Assembly (NCBI GenBank): GCA_964500505.1
Contig: CAZCNN010000003.1
Coordinates: forward strand, 176 to 64,175
DNA length: 64,000 nucleotides
From: an uncultured Bdellovibrionales bacterium
GTDB lineage: Bacteria > Patescibacteriota > Minisyncoccia > Moranbacterales > UBA1568
Reading direction: 5' to 3'
The notes beneath the pieces were generated by a model. The model saw only the letters and a program-made list of their open reading frames with translations, made no database searches and was not told the origin of the DNA. A program made the translations under genes and the position numbers. Numbering within the stretch: the first letter of the stretch is position 1; every line of letters begins with the position of its first letter. Positions 36,459-49,192 of the stretch are shown one piece after another.

Positions 36459-37211
36459 ATGGAAATATCAATTGCTGCGGAAAAATTGTTTAGTATCGGG
36501 GCGATGCCTGTGACCAATGCTCTTCTCATTGGTGTGATGGTAAGCGCCCTCCTCATCTGGGTCATCACTCGGGCGACGCGAAATCGCACGCTTGTGCCAC
36601 GAGGCGTGCAGAACGTGATCGAGATCGTCTTTGAAGCACTCCTCAATCTCGTGGAGAGCGTCACTCAGGACAAGAAGCAAGCCCGCCAGTTTTTCCCTCT
36701 CATCGCGACGATATTTCTCTTTGTCCTCATCTCGAATTGGGCGGGACTCCTCCCGGGCCTCGGGACCGTCGGCGTCTACGGTGAGCACAATGGTCACCAC
36801 ACCATCATCCCGTTTCTTCGGAGTACCTCGGCCGACCTCAACTTTACCCTGGCGCTCTCACTCATCGCGGTATTGTCAGTACAGTTTGCTGGGATCGCCG
36901 CTCTCGGAATCATGAAGTATGGCAAAAAGTTCTTGATCAGTCCGTTTCACAAGCCCTATGGCATCGGGACGGCGGTCGGAATCCTCGAGCTCATCTCTGA
37001 GATAGGCAAGATCATCTCCTTTACCTTTCGTCTCTTTGGGAACGTCTTTGCGGGGGAAGTCCTCCTCACCGTCATGCTCCACCTGGTACCCTATTTCTTG
37101 CCCCTGCCGTTTATGTTCCTCGAGGTGTTCGTGGGGTTCATCCAGGCGGTGGTATTTGCCATGCTGACTCTGGTGTTCCTCAAGATGGCGACGCTCGAGC
37201 CAGAACATTAG
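36459..37211 (+). CDS. atpB: F0F1 ATP synthase subunit a
   Basis: NWAGLLPG, TSADLN, SFTFRLFGNVFAGE, IQA.VF. Confidence 0.97.
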   Translation: MEISIAAEKLFSIGAMPVTNALLIGVMVSALLIWVITRATRNRTLVPRGVQNVIEIVFEALLNLVESVTQDKKQARQFFPLIATIFLFVLISNWAGLLPGLGTVGVYGEHNGHHTIIPFLRSTSADLNFTLALSLIAVLSVQFAGIAALGIMKYGKKFLISPFHKPYGIGTAVGILELISEIGKIISFTFRLFGNVFAGEVLLTVMLHLVPYFLPLPFMFLEVFVGFIQAVVFAMLTLVFLKMATLEPEH

Positions 37212-37272
37212 GGAAAGTAGACAAAAGTGCGATTTCGGTGTAGAATAGGTCAGTTTCATCAAGAAGAATTAA

Positions 37273-37521
<249 letters not shown>

Positions 37522-37523
37522 AC

Positions 37524-37558
37524 GAACTCACAACTGACAACGAACAACCAACAACGAA
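37524..37558. repeat. Left heptamer array (CAACnnA x5)
   Basis: gaactca caactga caacgaa caaccaa caacgaa. Confidence 0.85.
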
Positions 37559-37564
37559 AGGAAT

Positions 37565-37924
37565 ATGAATAAGTTCCGATTTCTTGAGTGGAAAGTGTAC
37601 AAGGATGCACAAGGGTTGTTTCTCGTAATAGTAGAGATTCTGAAGAGGCTCTCAAGAGAACAAAGATACGAGTTAGGAAGCCAAGTGAGTCGATCATCTC
37701 TATCAGTTGTGCTCAACATTGCAGAAGGAAGCGGAAAGACTTCGGATAAAGAGATGAATCGCTATTTCGAAATTTCACTCGGTTCTTTGTATGAAACACT
37801 GGCAGCTATTGATACACTGAAACAGATGAAAGTGGTGAGTGAATCAGAATGGTCGATAGTCTATGAGAAAGTCGAAGAAATAGCACGTCAACTGGGTGGT
37901 TTTAAGAAAAAGTTGAACAAGTAA
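37565..37924 (+). CDS. Four-helix-bundle protein (23S rRNA IVS/Avd-like, TIGR02436-like)
   Basis: F....VY...EQRYELGSQVSRSSLSVVLNIAEGSG...ISLGSLYE; inserted between atpE and atpF. Confidence 0.92.
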   Translation: MNKFRFLEWKVYKDAQGLFLVIVEILKRLSREQRYELGSQVSRSSLSVVLNIAEGSGKTSDKEMNRYFEISLGSLYETLAAIDTLKQMKVVSESEWSIVYEKVEEIARQLGGFKKKLNK

Positions 37925-37930
37925 AAGGTT

Positions 37931-37972
37931 TAAGTTGTAGGTTGTAGGTTGTAAGTTAATGGTTGTAGGTTA
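37931..37972. repeat. Right inverted heptamer array (TnnGTTG x6)
   Basis: taagttg taggttg taggttg taagtta atggttg taggtta, complementary to the left unit. Confidence 0.85.
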
Positions 37973-37977
37973 ACGAT

Positions 37978-38463
37978 ATGGAAGTGCTCGCAAAACTCGG
38001 TGTTGATTGGAAACTCCTCCTCGCGCAGGCAGTGAACTTTGCTATTCTTTTTTGGGTGCTCCGTCGCTATGCGTATCAGCCGATGCTCGACTTTCTTGAG
38101 AAGCGGACAGCCCGTATCGAGCAGGGACTGAAAGACGCTGAGGCAGCCACGGCCAAGCTCTCAGAGGTCGCAGCCAAAGAAGAGACCGTGCTCATGACTG
38201 CCCGGAAAGAAGCCAAAGCCATCATCGCTTCGGCTGAGGCGGGAGCCAAAAAGCGTGACGCCGAGCGAGCGGAGGAGACCGAGGCCAAAGTAAAGCAGCT
38301 CCTCACTGAAGCAGAGGCAAAGATTCGTGAAGAAAAGGAGAAAGCCATGATGAGTGCCAAAGCGGAAATCGGCGAGCTCGTCATGCTTTCGGTCGAAAAA
38401 ATCCTCAAGGAGAAGATAGATTCAGCCAAAGAAAAGGAGCTTTTGGATAAAATAGCTCGGTAG
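37978..38463 (+). CDS. atpF: F0F1 ATP synthase subunit b
   Basis: LGVDW..LLAQAVNF.IL...L.....P, followed by a coiled coil. Confidence 0.96.
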   Translation: MEVLAKLGVDWKLLLAQAVNFAILFWVLRRYAYQPMLDFLEKRTARIEQGLKDAEAATAKLSEVAAKEETVLMTARKEAKAIIASAEAGAKKRDAERAEETEAKVKQLLTEAEAKIREEKEKAMMSAKAEIGELVMLSVEKILKEKIDSAKEKELLDKIAR

Positions 38464-38505
38464 CTTTGGAAATTGTAATTTGGAGTTTGGTGTTTGATTG
38501 GTAGT

Positions 38506-38904
38506 ATGCATCCGACTGTCACGCAATACGCACAAGCGCTCGAGGAGCTCTCACTCGGGACATCGCCATCGCCTTTGACACTGGTGAAGAATTTGGTGCG
38601 GTTGCTCAAGCGTGATGGTCGATCTTCACTTCTCCCCGCTATCCTCGGAGCGCTCGAATCTCGTGAAGCGGAGCACAGTGGAGTGCTCGCGGTCCGGATC
38701 GTCACAGCACACACAGCAGATGGTACCACCGAGAAACTCCTCAGGAAGAAGGCAGAGGCGCTCTTCTCGGGGAAAAAGATAGTGGCTACGTTTGGAGTGG
38801 ACCCATCAGTCATCGGTGGCGTGCGCTTTGAGACGGAGGAAGCGGTGTATGACGCGACGGTTGCGACAGAACTCGCCAAATTGAGGAAGAGTATAAGCAA
38901 ATAA
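38506..38904 (+). CDS. atpH: F0F1 ATP synthase subunit delta (short)
   Basis: YAQAL, VDPSVIGG, YDATV; position in the operon. Confidence 0.88.
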   Translation: MHPTVTQYAQALEELSLGTSPSPLTLVKNLVRLLKRDGRSSLLPAILGALESREAEHSGVLAVRIVTAHTADGTTEKLLRKKAEALFSGKKIVATFGVDPSVIGGVRFETEEAVYDATVATELAKLRKSISK

Positions 38905-38910
38905 TGTATT

Positions 38911-38960
38911 AGAATCTATAATTTGGAATGTTGGTTTCAAAATTCCACATTCGACATTCT
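38911..38960. repeat. Inverted heptamer array pair between atpH and atpA
   Basis: agaatct ataattt ggaatgt ... aaattcc acattcg acattct. Confidence 0.75.
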
Positions 38961-38980
38961 AATCCGAACATCTTATCACT

Positions 38981-40480
<1,500 letters not shown>

Positions 40481-40489
40481 TATTTTTTG

Positions 40490-40579
40490 AGAATTTCAAA
40501 CGAAGAATGTTGAATGTAGAATGAAGAATGTAGGTTTCGATGCATTTCTCAATATTCTATATTCGAAATTCAAGATTCA
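40490..40579. repeat. Inverted heptamer array pair between atpA and atpG
   Basis: agaatgt tgaatgt agaatga agaatgt ... atattct atattcg aaattca agattca. Confidence 0.85.
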
Positions 40580-40585
40580 ATTGTT

Positions 40586-41512
40586 ATGGCAAGTGCACGA
40601 GACATCAGGAGACGCATCAAAGGCGTGAAAGGCACGGGTAAGATTACCCGGGCCATGGAGATGATTTCGGCTGTCAAAATGCGCAAAGCTGTAGGGAACG
40701 TCCTTGCTATTCGTCCATATGCACAGAGTGCTATCGAACTCCTCCGTCAGCTCGACCGAGCCGTCGGCGAAGAGCGTCATCCGCTCGTGACTGAGCGTCC
40801 GGTGAAGAAGGAACTCTACGTAGTAGTGACGAGCAATCGTGGACTCTGTGGGGCGTTTAATGCTCAGATCGTGAAGCGCCTGCGTCAGGTACTGAAAGAA
40901 GATGAAGGTCGGGAGCGCGCGTTTATCACCATCGGCAAGAAGGGCGAGAACGCGGTCCGGCGGATGAATGGTGAAATCGTCGCTTCATTCCCAGATGTTC
41001 TCACGTCACCGACCGCCGAGGGGATGCGCGGAGTAGCACACGTCATTATGGATGAATTCACCTCACTTCGAGTGGATCGTGTCGTGGTTATCTACACTGA
41101 CTTTATCTCGATGCTTTCCCAGGAGGTCAAAGTGCGAGCGCTCCTCCCGGTGGCCCTCAGTGATACCAAGAAGGCCATGCATGAAATCACGTCGCTCACG
41201 AGCGACGGTGACGAGATGAGACAGAACAATAGTAGGGGTACCACTGAAACATCGGAGTATACGATAGAACCATCCCCACAGAGCGTACTCGAGCAGATGA
41301 TCCCGCGCTTGATTGAGATGGAGCTCTACCATGCTATTCTCGAGTCCAATGCCTCGCAGGAGTCGGCTCGCATGATGGCGATGCGGAACGCGACAGATGC
41401 CGCCAAGGATATGGTGTCTGACCTGACGCTTGCCTACAACCAGCTCCGCCAGGGCAAGATTACTCAGGAAATTGCTGAGCTCTCAGCTGGTATGGCAGCA
41501 GTGCAAAAGTAG
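40586..41512 (+). CDS. atpG: F0F1 ATP synthase subunit gamma
   Basis: KITRAMEM, RGLCG, RMMAM.NAT, RQGKITQEI. Confidence 0.98.
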   Translation: MASARDIRRRIKGVKGTGKITRAMEMISAVKMRKAVGNVLAIRPYAQSAIELLRQLDRAVGEERHPLVTERPVKKELYVVVTSNRGLCGAFNAQIVKRLRQVLKEDEGRERAFITIGKKGENAVRRMNGEIVASFPDVLTSPTAEGMRGVAHVIMDEFTSLRVDRVVVIYTDFISMLSQEVKVRALLPVALSDTKKAMHEITSLTSDGDEMRQNNSRGTTETSEYTIEPSPQSVLEQMIPRLIEMELYHAILESNASQESARMMAMRNATDAAKDMVSDLTLAYNQLRQGKITQEIAELSAGMAAVQK

Positions 41513-41581
41513 AATGTAGAATTTTGAATTTAGAATTTTGGAACCCAAAACCGACATTCTGCATTCTAAATTCTATATTCT
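41511..41581. repeat. Inverted heptamer array pair between atpG and atpD
   Basis: agaatgt agaattt tgaattt agaattt ... acattct gcattct aaattct atattct. Confidence 0.88.
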
Positions 41582-41612
41582 TCAAGGAAAGAGGAAGGGG
41601 ATATGTAATTGA

Positions 41613-43043
<1,431 letters not shown>

Positions 43044-43045
43044 GT

Positions 43046-43492
43046 ATGATTAAGCTCAAAGTCGTAACTCCCGAAAAGATGGTGGTGGAGCAGGACGTCT
43101 ATCAGGCGACTCTGCCGGTTCTCCATGGCGAGGTGACGCTTCTCCCGAACCATGTGCCGTATATCGGCGCTCTTTCGGCTGGGGAGATTATGCTCCGATC
43201 CGAACCAAATGGGCCCGAGACGAGTCTCGCGACCTCGGGTGGCTTTGTGGAGTTTCATGACAATGTCCTTTCGATTCTCGCTGATACGGCCGAACGCGCC
43301 GAAGATATTGACGTCACACGTGCCGAAGAGGCTCGCAAACGTGCCGAGGACTTGAAGAAAGAACGAGTCACTATGGACGATGAAGAGTATGCTCGGACCG
43401 CGGCTATGATCGAGAAAGAGATGGCTCGGGTCAAGGTCGCTCGTCGTCACCAGGCCCGTCGTGGACTGAGTCCCGAGAGTTTGGGGCAGTAG
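43046..43492 (+). CDS. atpC: F0F1 ATP synthase subunit epsilon
   Basis: VVTPE...GE..LLPNH.P...SGGFVE...ILAD.AE. Confidence 0.96.
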   Translation: MIKLKVVTPEKMVVEQDVYQATLPVLHGEVTLLPNHVPYIGALSAGEIMLRSEPNGPETSLATSGGFVEFHDNVLSILADTAERAEDIDVTRAEEARKRAEDLKKERVTMDDEEYARTAAMIEKEMARVKVARRHQARRGLSPESLGQ

Positions 43493-43576
43493 AGGTATTT
43501 TGTGAGAATATTCAAAACTCATCTTTCCACGGTCGTGAGAGGATGGGTTTTTTTGTTGAGATTGGTGCGGGGTTGA

Positions 43577-43643
43577 CCCCGTTAGAGAACGCTGCGCCCT
43601 TGGCGCGACTTCAGTCGCTCCTAGCGACTTTTCTCTAACGGGG
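43577..43643. mobile_element. 67-bp CCCCGTTAGA...TCTAACGGGG MITE-like element
   Basis: TTGA direct repeats on both sides; interior highly similar to 53898-53964. Confidence 0.85.
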
Positions 43644-43672
43644 TTGAAAAAATCGCTTGTTTAAAGTACAGT
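43644..43672 (+). promoter_or_regulatory. Probable leuS sigma70 promoter
   Basis: TTGAAA-17-TACAGT; the -35 TTGA is the element's right flank. Confidence 0.6.
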
Positions 43673-43697
43673 GGGGAGGTAACGACCAGAAAATACT

Positions 43698-46133
43698 ATG
43701 AAAAATGGCTACGAACCGAAGAAAATCGAAGGGAAATGGCAGAAGTACTGGGAGAAAAATGGTACCTATCGCCAGTACAAGCGGTCCAAGAAACAGTATG
43801 TTTTGGATATGTTTCCGTATCCTTCCGGGGCGGGACTCCATGTGGGTCATCCCAAGGGCTATATTGCGTCGGATGTCTATGCCCGTTTCAAACAACTGGA
43901 AGGGTATGGTGTGCTCCATCCAATGGGCTGGGACGCCTTTGGGCTCCCTGCCGAGCAGTATGCCATCAAGAACAAAGTGCATCCGAGTGTCGCGGTCAAG
44001 AAAAACATCGCGACGTTCAAAAAACAATTGGAAAAAATTGGCTTTACCTATGATTGGGATCGGGAAATCAATACGACCGATCCAGAGTACTACCGTTGGA
44101 CGCAGTGGATATTCCTCCAGATGTACCACAAGGGCCTGGCCTATCAATCTTTTGATCCGATTAACTGGTGTCCATCATGTCAGACGGGACTGGCCAACGA
44201 AGACTTGGAGCAGGGTCACTGTGAGCGCTGTGGCACTCTCGTAGAAAAGCGTCCGATGCGCCAGTGGGTGCTCAAGATTACAGCCTATGCTGACAAGATG
44301 CTCCGAGATCTCTCGAAACTGGATTGGCCGGAGGGGATCAAAGAAGCCCAGCGGAACTGGATTGGCCGTTCCGAGGGGATGGTGTTCACTTCGCCCGTGA
44401 AAGATACCAAGCTCAAGATAGAAACGTTCAGTGCACATTTTGAGGCCTTTGCGGCTGACACCTTTGTGGTGATTGCTCCTGATCATCCACTCCTCCCGAA
44501 ACTGCTCGACGGTATCGCTGAAAAGGAAGTAATTCTGAAGCAGTGTGAGGAGATGGTGCGCAAGCGAGAAGCGGCGGGGTACGAGACAGAAAAGGAATCT
44601 GAGGGCATTTTTACTGGCCGTTACACGATTGACCCGGTGGGCAATGGCGAGCTCCCGATATGGGTCGCGAGCTATGCGTTGGCGGACTATGGTACCGGTA
44701 TCGTCAAATGTTCGGCCCATGACGAGCGCGATTTTGCTTTTGCTAAGAAATACGGTATTCGATTGAAGCCGGTTTTGTTTCCGGAGGATCAGGCTAAACG
44801 AGAGCAAGTGAAAAATCTCGAATACTGCTACACCGATATGGAGGCGGGTATCCTCATGGAGCCTGCTGCTTTCCAGGGGAAAAAATCAGGAGAAAGTCGT
44901 AAGGATATCATAGCCTATCTGGTCAAGAACAAACTGGCACGCAAGAAAACCACCTATAAGATGCGGGATTGGGTATTCTCTCGTCAGCGGTATTGGGGTG
45001 AGCCCATCCCGATTATTCATTGTGAAGCGTGTGGCGTGGTACCAGTGCCTGAGAAAGATTTGCCAGTGATGCTCCCCAAAGTGAAAGCCTACGAGCCCGC
45101 TGGTACTGGTGAGTCACCACTCGCTACAATCGCTTCATGGGTCAATGTGAAGTGTCCCAAGTGCAAGGGTCCGGCCAAAAGAGAAACCAACACCATGCCT
45201 CAGTGGGCTGGGTCGTCTTGGTACTATCTGCGATTTATTGATACCGAGAACCAGAAGGCACTCGTCGATAAGAAGAAAGAAGAGAAGATGATGCCAGTGG
45301 ATGTCTATGTCGGTGGCGATCATGCAACACGGCATCTTATCTATGCCCGGTTTTGGCATAAATTTCTCTATGACCAGGGGAGAGTGAGTACACCCGAGCC
45401 ATTTAAGCGTCTGGAATTCCTTGGTCTTATCCTAGCATCGGACGGTCGTAAGATGTCCAAGCGCTGGGGGAATGTCATCAATCCGAACGACGTGATTGAT
45501 CAGTTTGGGGCCGATGCCTTCCGTCTGTACGAGATGTTCATGGGACCGTTTACTCAGCACATTGCCTGGAATACAGATGGTGTAGTGGGGACACGGCGGT
45601 TTTTGGAGAAAGTATGGCGATTGCAGGAGAAAGTAGTAGGGAGTAAGCAGAAGGGTGTAAGCGAAGACAAAAATATCGAGAGCCTGCTCCATCAGACCAT
45701 CAAGAAAGTGGGGGAGGATATTGAAGAGTTCAAGTTTAATACTGCCATCAGTAGTCTGATGATACTAGTGAATGCTCTTGAGAAAGAGACCGAGATTCAA
45801 AAAGCTAGATTCGAAACTCTCCTCATTCTCCTCAGTCCCTTTGCTCCACACATGACCGAAGAACTGTGGACCGGGATGGGAGAGAAGAAGTCTATCTTTC
45901 TTGCAGAGTGGCCCAAGTATGACAAGAAAAAAATCGTGGCCGAGTCAGTCAATGTCGCGGTCCAGGTGAATGGCAAAGTACGGGCCGTCCTCGCTATCGA
46001 GAGTGGTATGAATGAAGACGAAGTGAAGGCCATGGCTCTCGCTGATGCCAATGTCCAAATCTATCTCGCTGGTAAATCAGTCCGCAAGATTATCTACGTC
46101 CCTGGTAAAATCGTGAGTATTGTGGTCGGATAA
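43698..46133 (+). CDS. leuS: Leucine--tRNA ligase
   Basis: MFPYPSG.GLHVGH, GWDAFGLPAE, SRQRYWGEPIP, KMSKR, VQVNGK. Confidence 0.98.
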   Translation: MKNGYEPKKIEGKWQKYWEKNGTYRQYKRSKKQYVLDMFPYPSGAGLHVGHPKGYIASDVYARFKQLEGYGVLHPMGWDAFGLPAEQYAIKNKVHPSVAVKKNIATFKKQLEKIGFTYDWDREINTTDPEYYRWTQWIFLQMYHKGLAYQSFDPINWCPSCQTGLANEDLEQGHCERCGTLVEKRPMRQWVLKITAYADKMLRDLSKLDWPEGIKEAQRNWIGRSEGMVFTSPVKDTKLKIETFSAHFEAFAADTFVVIAPDHPLLPKLLDGIAEKEVILKQCEEMVRKREAAGYETEKESEGIFTGRYTIDPVGNGELPIWVASYALADYGTGIVKCSAHDERDFAFAKKYGIRLKPVLFPEDQAKREQVKNLEYCYTDMEAGILMEPAAFQGKKSGESRKDIIAYLVKNKLARKKTTYKMRDWVFSRQRYWGEPIPIIHCEACGVVPVPEKDLPVMLPKVKAYEPAGTGESPLATIASWVNVKCPKCKGPAKRETNTMPQWAGSSWYYLRFIDTENQKALVDKKKEEKMMPVDVYVGGDHATRHLIYARFWHKFLYDQGRVSTPEPFKRLEFLGLILASDGRKMSKRWGNVINPNDVIDQFGADAFRLYEMFMGPFTQHIAWNTDGVVGTRRFLEKVWRLQEKVVGSKQKGVSEDKNIESLLHQTIKKVGEDIEEFKFNTAISSLMILVNALEKETEIQKARFETLLILLSPFAPHMTEELWTGMGEKKSIFLAEWPKYDKKKIVAESVNVAVQVNGKVRAVLAIESGMNEDEVKAMALADANVQIYLAGKSVRKIIYVPGKIVSIVVG

Positions 46134-46263
46134 GCCCCAGCTTATAGCTGATAGGGAATAGCTCATAGAAAAATTCAGGGTACCCATTCGACAGGCTTAG
46201 AGTTGTCTGCTGACAAGAAAGAAGCCCCGGCGCGGTTGTGCGCAAGGGCGGGGTTGTGGGGGG

Positions 46264-46446
46264 TCAGAAGGCCCGGAAGTAGAGCTTGGCTCCGCTGGTC
46301 AGGAACAGGCCACCCAAGATGAGCGCCAAGGGCGACCACACAGGTACTGAAGCGAATGCTCCAGCGAGAATGAGGAACACGCCAATGCCGGCGACGATGG
46401 CGCTAGACGCCAAGTACCCTGCTATCTGTGGGTCGATACGAGTCAT
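46264..46446 (-). CDS. Small two-TM membrane protein
   Basis: 60 aa hydrophobic ORF with an AGGAGG SD and upstream promoter. Confidence 0.6.
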   Translation of the reverse strand: MTRIDPQIAGYLASSAIVAGIGVFLILAGAFASVPVWSPLALILGGLFLTSGAKLYFRAF

Positions 46447-46512
46447 GATGACCCTCCTGTTGTGTGCCAGAATCTGGCACGGGGTGAATTTTTAAGGCAC
46501 TGGTAACGACCC

Positions 46513-46541
46513 ATTATAGCAGAAAAATGATAAAAAGTCAA
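46513..46541 (-). promoter_or_regulatory. Sigma70 promoter
   Basis: TTGACT-17-TATAAT with an extended -10 TG. Confidence 0.78.
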
Positions 46542-46631
46542 GTGTCGATGTTCAGCAAGGAAAAGTGCTAGAATACGGGTAAGAATGGATTTAACCTAAA
46601 AGCTATAAGCTAACTCCTAATTCCTACCCCT

Positions 46632-48461
46632 ATGTGTGGCATCGTTGGCTATATCGGCAAGCGTCAGGCGAAGGATCTCTTGATCGAGGGATTGCATCGG
46701 TTGGAGTATCGTGGCTACGACAGTGCTGGCGTGGCGCTCGTTGGTGGTAACAAACTGAAACGAGTGCGTGCCTTGGGGAAAGTAGGAGAGCTCGAAAAGA
46801 AAACAGAGGGGATGACACTCGATGCGACGCTCGGTATTGCCCATACGCGTTGGGCCACACATGGCAAGCCGTCTGAGAAGAACGCTCACCCGCATGCTGA
46901 CTGCGCCGGGGCGATTTCACTCGTCCACAATGGGATCATCGAAAACTATACTGAACTGAAAGATGAACTGACCAAGAAGGGTCACCGTTTCTCATCCGAG
47001 ACCGATACCGAGGTAGTAGCCCATCTCATCGAAGAACATACGAAGAAGAGTCAGGATATGGAAGAAGCTTTTGCGCGCACGCTCAAGGATCTCCGGGGGA
47101 CGTACGGCATCGCCATGGTCGCCGTGGCCGAACCAGAACGGCTCTATGTGGCCCGGATGGGGAGTCCACTCCTTATCGGCGTCGGCAAGGACGAATATTT
47201 CGTGGCGTCTGATGTCTCAGCTATCCTCGCTCATACCAAAAAGGTGGTGTATCTCGAAGACGGTGAGCGCGCCGTCATCACCCGTGACGGCTATGTCGTC
47301 CGGTCGGGCCAGGTAGTGCAGAAGAAGACTGTCTCGGATATCGAATGGTCCGAGAAAGAGGCTAAGCGGGGTGGCTTTCCGCATTTTATGCTCAAGGAAA
47401 TATTTGATCAGCCGGAGAGCTTTGCTGATGCGCTCCGCGGGCGACTCCTCCCAGATGAGGGGTCAGTTCGGCTCGGTGGACTGCGCGCCGTAGCAAAGCG
47501 TTTGGAGGGTATACGGCGTATTGTGATCGTGTCATGTGGTACGTCGTACCACGCGGGCCTGGTCGGTGAGTATATGCTCGAGGAATACGCAGGGATCCCG
47601 GTCGAAGTCGAGTACGCTTCGGAGTTTCGCTACCGCAAACCACTCCTCGATAAATACACCGCGGTGCTCGCGCTCTCGCAGTCAGGAGAAACCGCCGATA
47701 CCCTGGCCGCTATCCGTGAGGCCAAGAACAAAGGGGCGCTTGCCCTCGGCATCGTGAACGTCGTCGGCTCGACTATCGCTCGGGAGACTGACGCTGGTGT
47801 CTACAATCATGCAGGGCCAGAGGTGTCGGTGGCATCGACCAAGGCCTTTACCTCGCAACTCGCCGTGCTCTCGCTCCTCGCCCTCTATCTCGGTCGCAAG
47901 CGTGGCATGTCACTCGTCACGGGTCAGCGGATTGCGCGGGAGCTCCTCAAATTGCCACGCCTCATGGAACGGATATTTGAACAGTCCGGTACGATCAAGA
48001 AGCTGGCCAAAAAGTATGCCAATCGCAAGAATTATCTCTACCTGGGACGGAAGTACAATTTCCCGATTGCTTTTGAAGGAGCCCTCAAGGTAAAAGAAAT
48101 CGCCTATGTGTCAGCCCAAGGGTATCCGACCGGTGAGATGAAGCATGGTCCGATCGCCCTCATTGATCGAGAAGCACTCGCGCTCTTTATCATGCCGGTT
48201 GATAGCGTCTACGAGAAAAGCGTGAGTGGTCTCGAGGAGATCAAAGCGCGTGGAGGAACCGTGCTCGCTATCACGACGGAGGGCAACACGGCGCTCGAGA
48301 AGAAGGCTGATGCGGTAGTGTATATTCCGAAGACCCTCGAGATGCTTACCCCTATCCTCTCTGTTATCCCGCTTCAGCTCTTTGCCTACCACATGAGTGT
48401 CGCACTCGGCTACGAGGTGGATCGGCCGCGAAATCTGGCAAAGAGCGTGACGGTGGAATGA
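46632..48461 (+). CDS. glmS: Glutamine--fructose-6-phosphate transaminase
   Basis: MCGIVG, LEYRGYDSAG, HTRWATHG, PRNLAKSVTVE. Confidence 0.99.
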   Translation: MCGIVGYIGKRQAKDLLIEGLHRLEYRGYDSAGVALVGGNKLKRVRALGKVGELEKKTEGMTLDATLGIAHTRWATHGKPSEKNAHPHADCAGAISLVHNGIIENYTELKDELTKKGHRFSSETDTEVVAHLIEEHTKKSQDMEEAFARTLKDLRGTYGIAMVAVAEPERLYVARMGSPLLIGVGKDEYFVASDVSAILAHTKKVVYLEDGERAVITRDGYVVRSGQVVQKKTVSDIEWSEKEAKRGGFPHFMLKEIFDQPESFADALRGRLLPDEGSVRLGGLRAVAKRLEGIRRIVIVSCGTSYHAGLVGEYMLEEYAGIPVEVEYASEFRYRKPLLDKYTAVLALSQSGETADTLAAIREAKNKGALALGIVNVVGSTIARETDAGVYNHAGPEVSVASTKAFTSQLAVLSLLALYLGRKRGMSLVTGQRIARELLKLPRLMERIFEQSGTIKKLAKKYANRKNYLYLGRKYNFPIAFEGALKVKEIAYVSAQGYPTGEMKHGPIALIDREALALFIMPVDSVYEKSVSGLEEIKARGGTVLAITTEGNTALEKKADAVVYIPKTLEMLTPILSVIPLQLFAYHMSVALGYEVDRPRNLAKSVTVE

Positions 48462-48480
48462 AAGAGGAGAATGGGTTAGA

Positions 48481-49188
48481 ATGGGTAATAGACAGAAATT
48501 TAATGCTGTGCGTATGCTTCGTAGTACCATCCCTGACTATCTCCCGCTTGACCGGCCGCTCATCATCTTTGACCTCGAAACGACGGGATTGTCGAGTGGG
48601 GAAGACAAGATAGTCGAGCTTGCCTATGAGAAAATCATGCCGAGTGGCGAGGTTATCGCCTACTGCGAACGGATCAACCCAGGGATGCCGATGCCGGAGG
48701 ATGCCAGTCGTATCAATGGCATCTATGATAAAGACCTCGTTGATTGCCCGAGTTTTGCCAAGCTCTCGTACGAACTCTGGAACATGTTTGATGGGTCAGA
48801 TGTCGGGGGATTCAACATCACGGGGTTTGACCTGCCATTTTTGCGGGGAGAGTTCGCCAGTGTCGGCAAGAACTTTGACTATACCAAGAAGAAGGTGCTT
48901 GATGCCAAGATCCTCTATCACAAGATGACGGCCAAAAACATGTTTGCACCGCGCAATCTCTCGGCTGCCTACAAGCTCTACTTTGGTAAAGAGCATACGA
49001 CGGCCCATACTGGGGCTGGGGATGTGCGGGTCACGGTAGAAATCCTCGAGAAGCAACTGGAGCAACATCCGGAATTCCGAAATTGGGAGTACCTCGCTGA
49101 GCTCCACGGGAACAAAAAACTCCTAGAGTCCGCCAAAACCGAGCACGCCCCACTCATCACTTCTCAATCAGCCGGAACACTTTTTTAA
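48481..49188 (+). CDS. DEDDh 3'-5' exonuclease (DnaQ-like)
   Basis: FDLETTG, FN...FD, H....D motifs; start may be 48514. Confidence 0.9.
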   Translation: MGNRQKFNAVRMLRSTIPDYLPLDRPLIIFDLETTGLSSGEDKIVELAYEKIMPSGEVIAYCERINPGMPMPEDASRINGIYDKDLVDCPSFAKLSYELWNMFDGSDVGGFNITGFDLPFLRGEFASVGKNFDYTKKKVLDAKILYHKMTAKNMFAPRNLSAAYKLYFGKEHTTAHTGAGDVRVTVEILEKQLEQHPEFRNWEYLAELHGNKKLLESAKTEHAPLITSQSAGTLF

Positions 49189-49192
49189 ATCT

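Noticed and set aside
40490-41581. CRISPR array
   Set aside because: Units are 7-nt tandem repeats with no 25-45 nt repeat-spacer structure and no cas genes.
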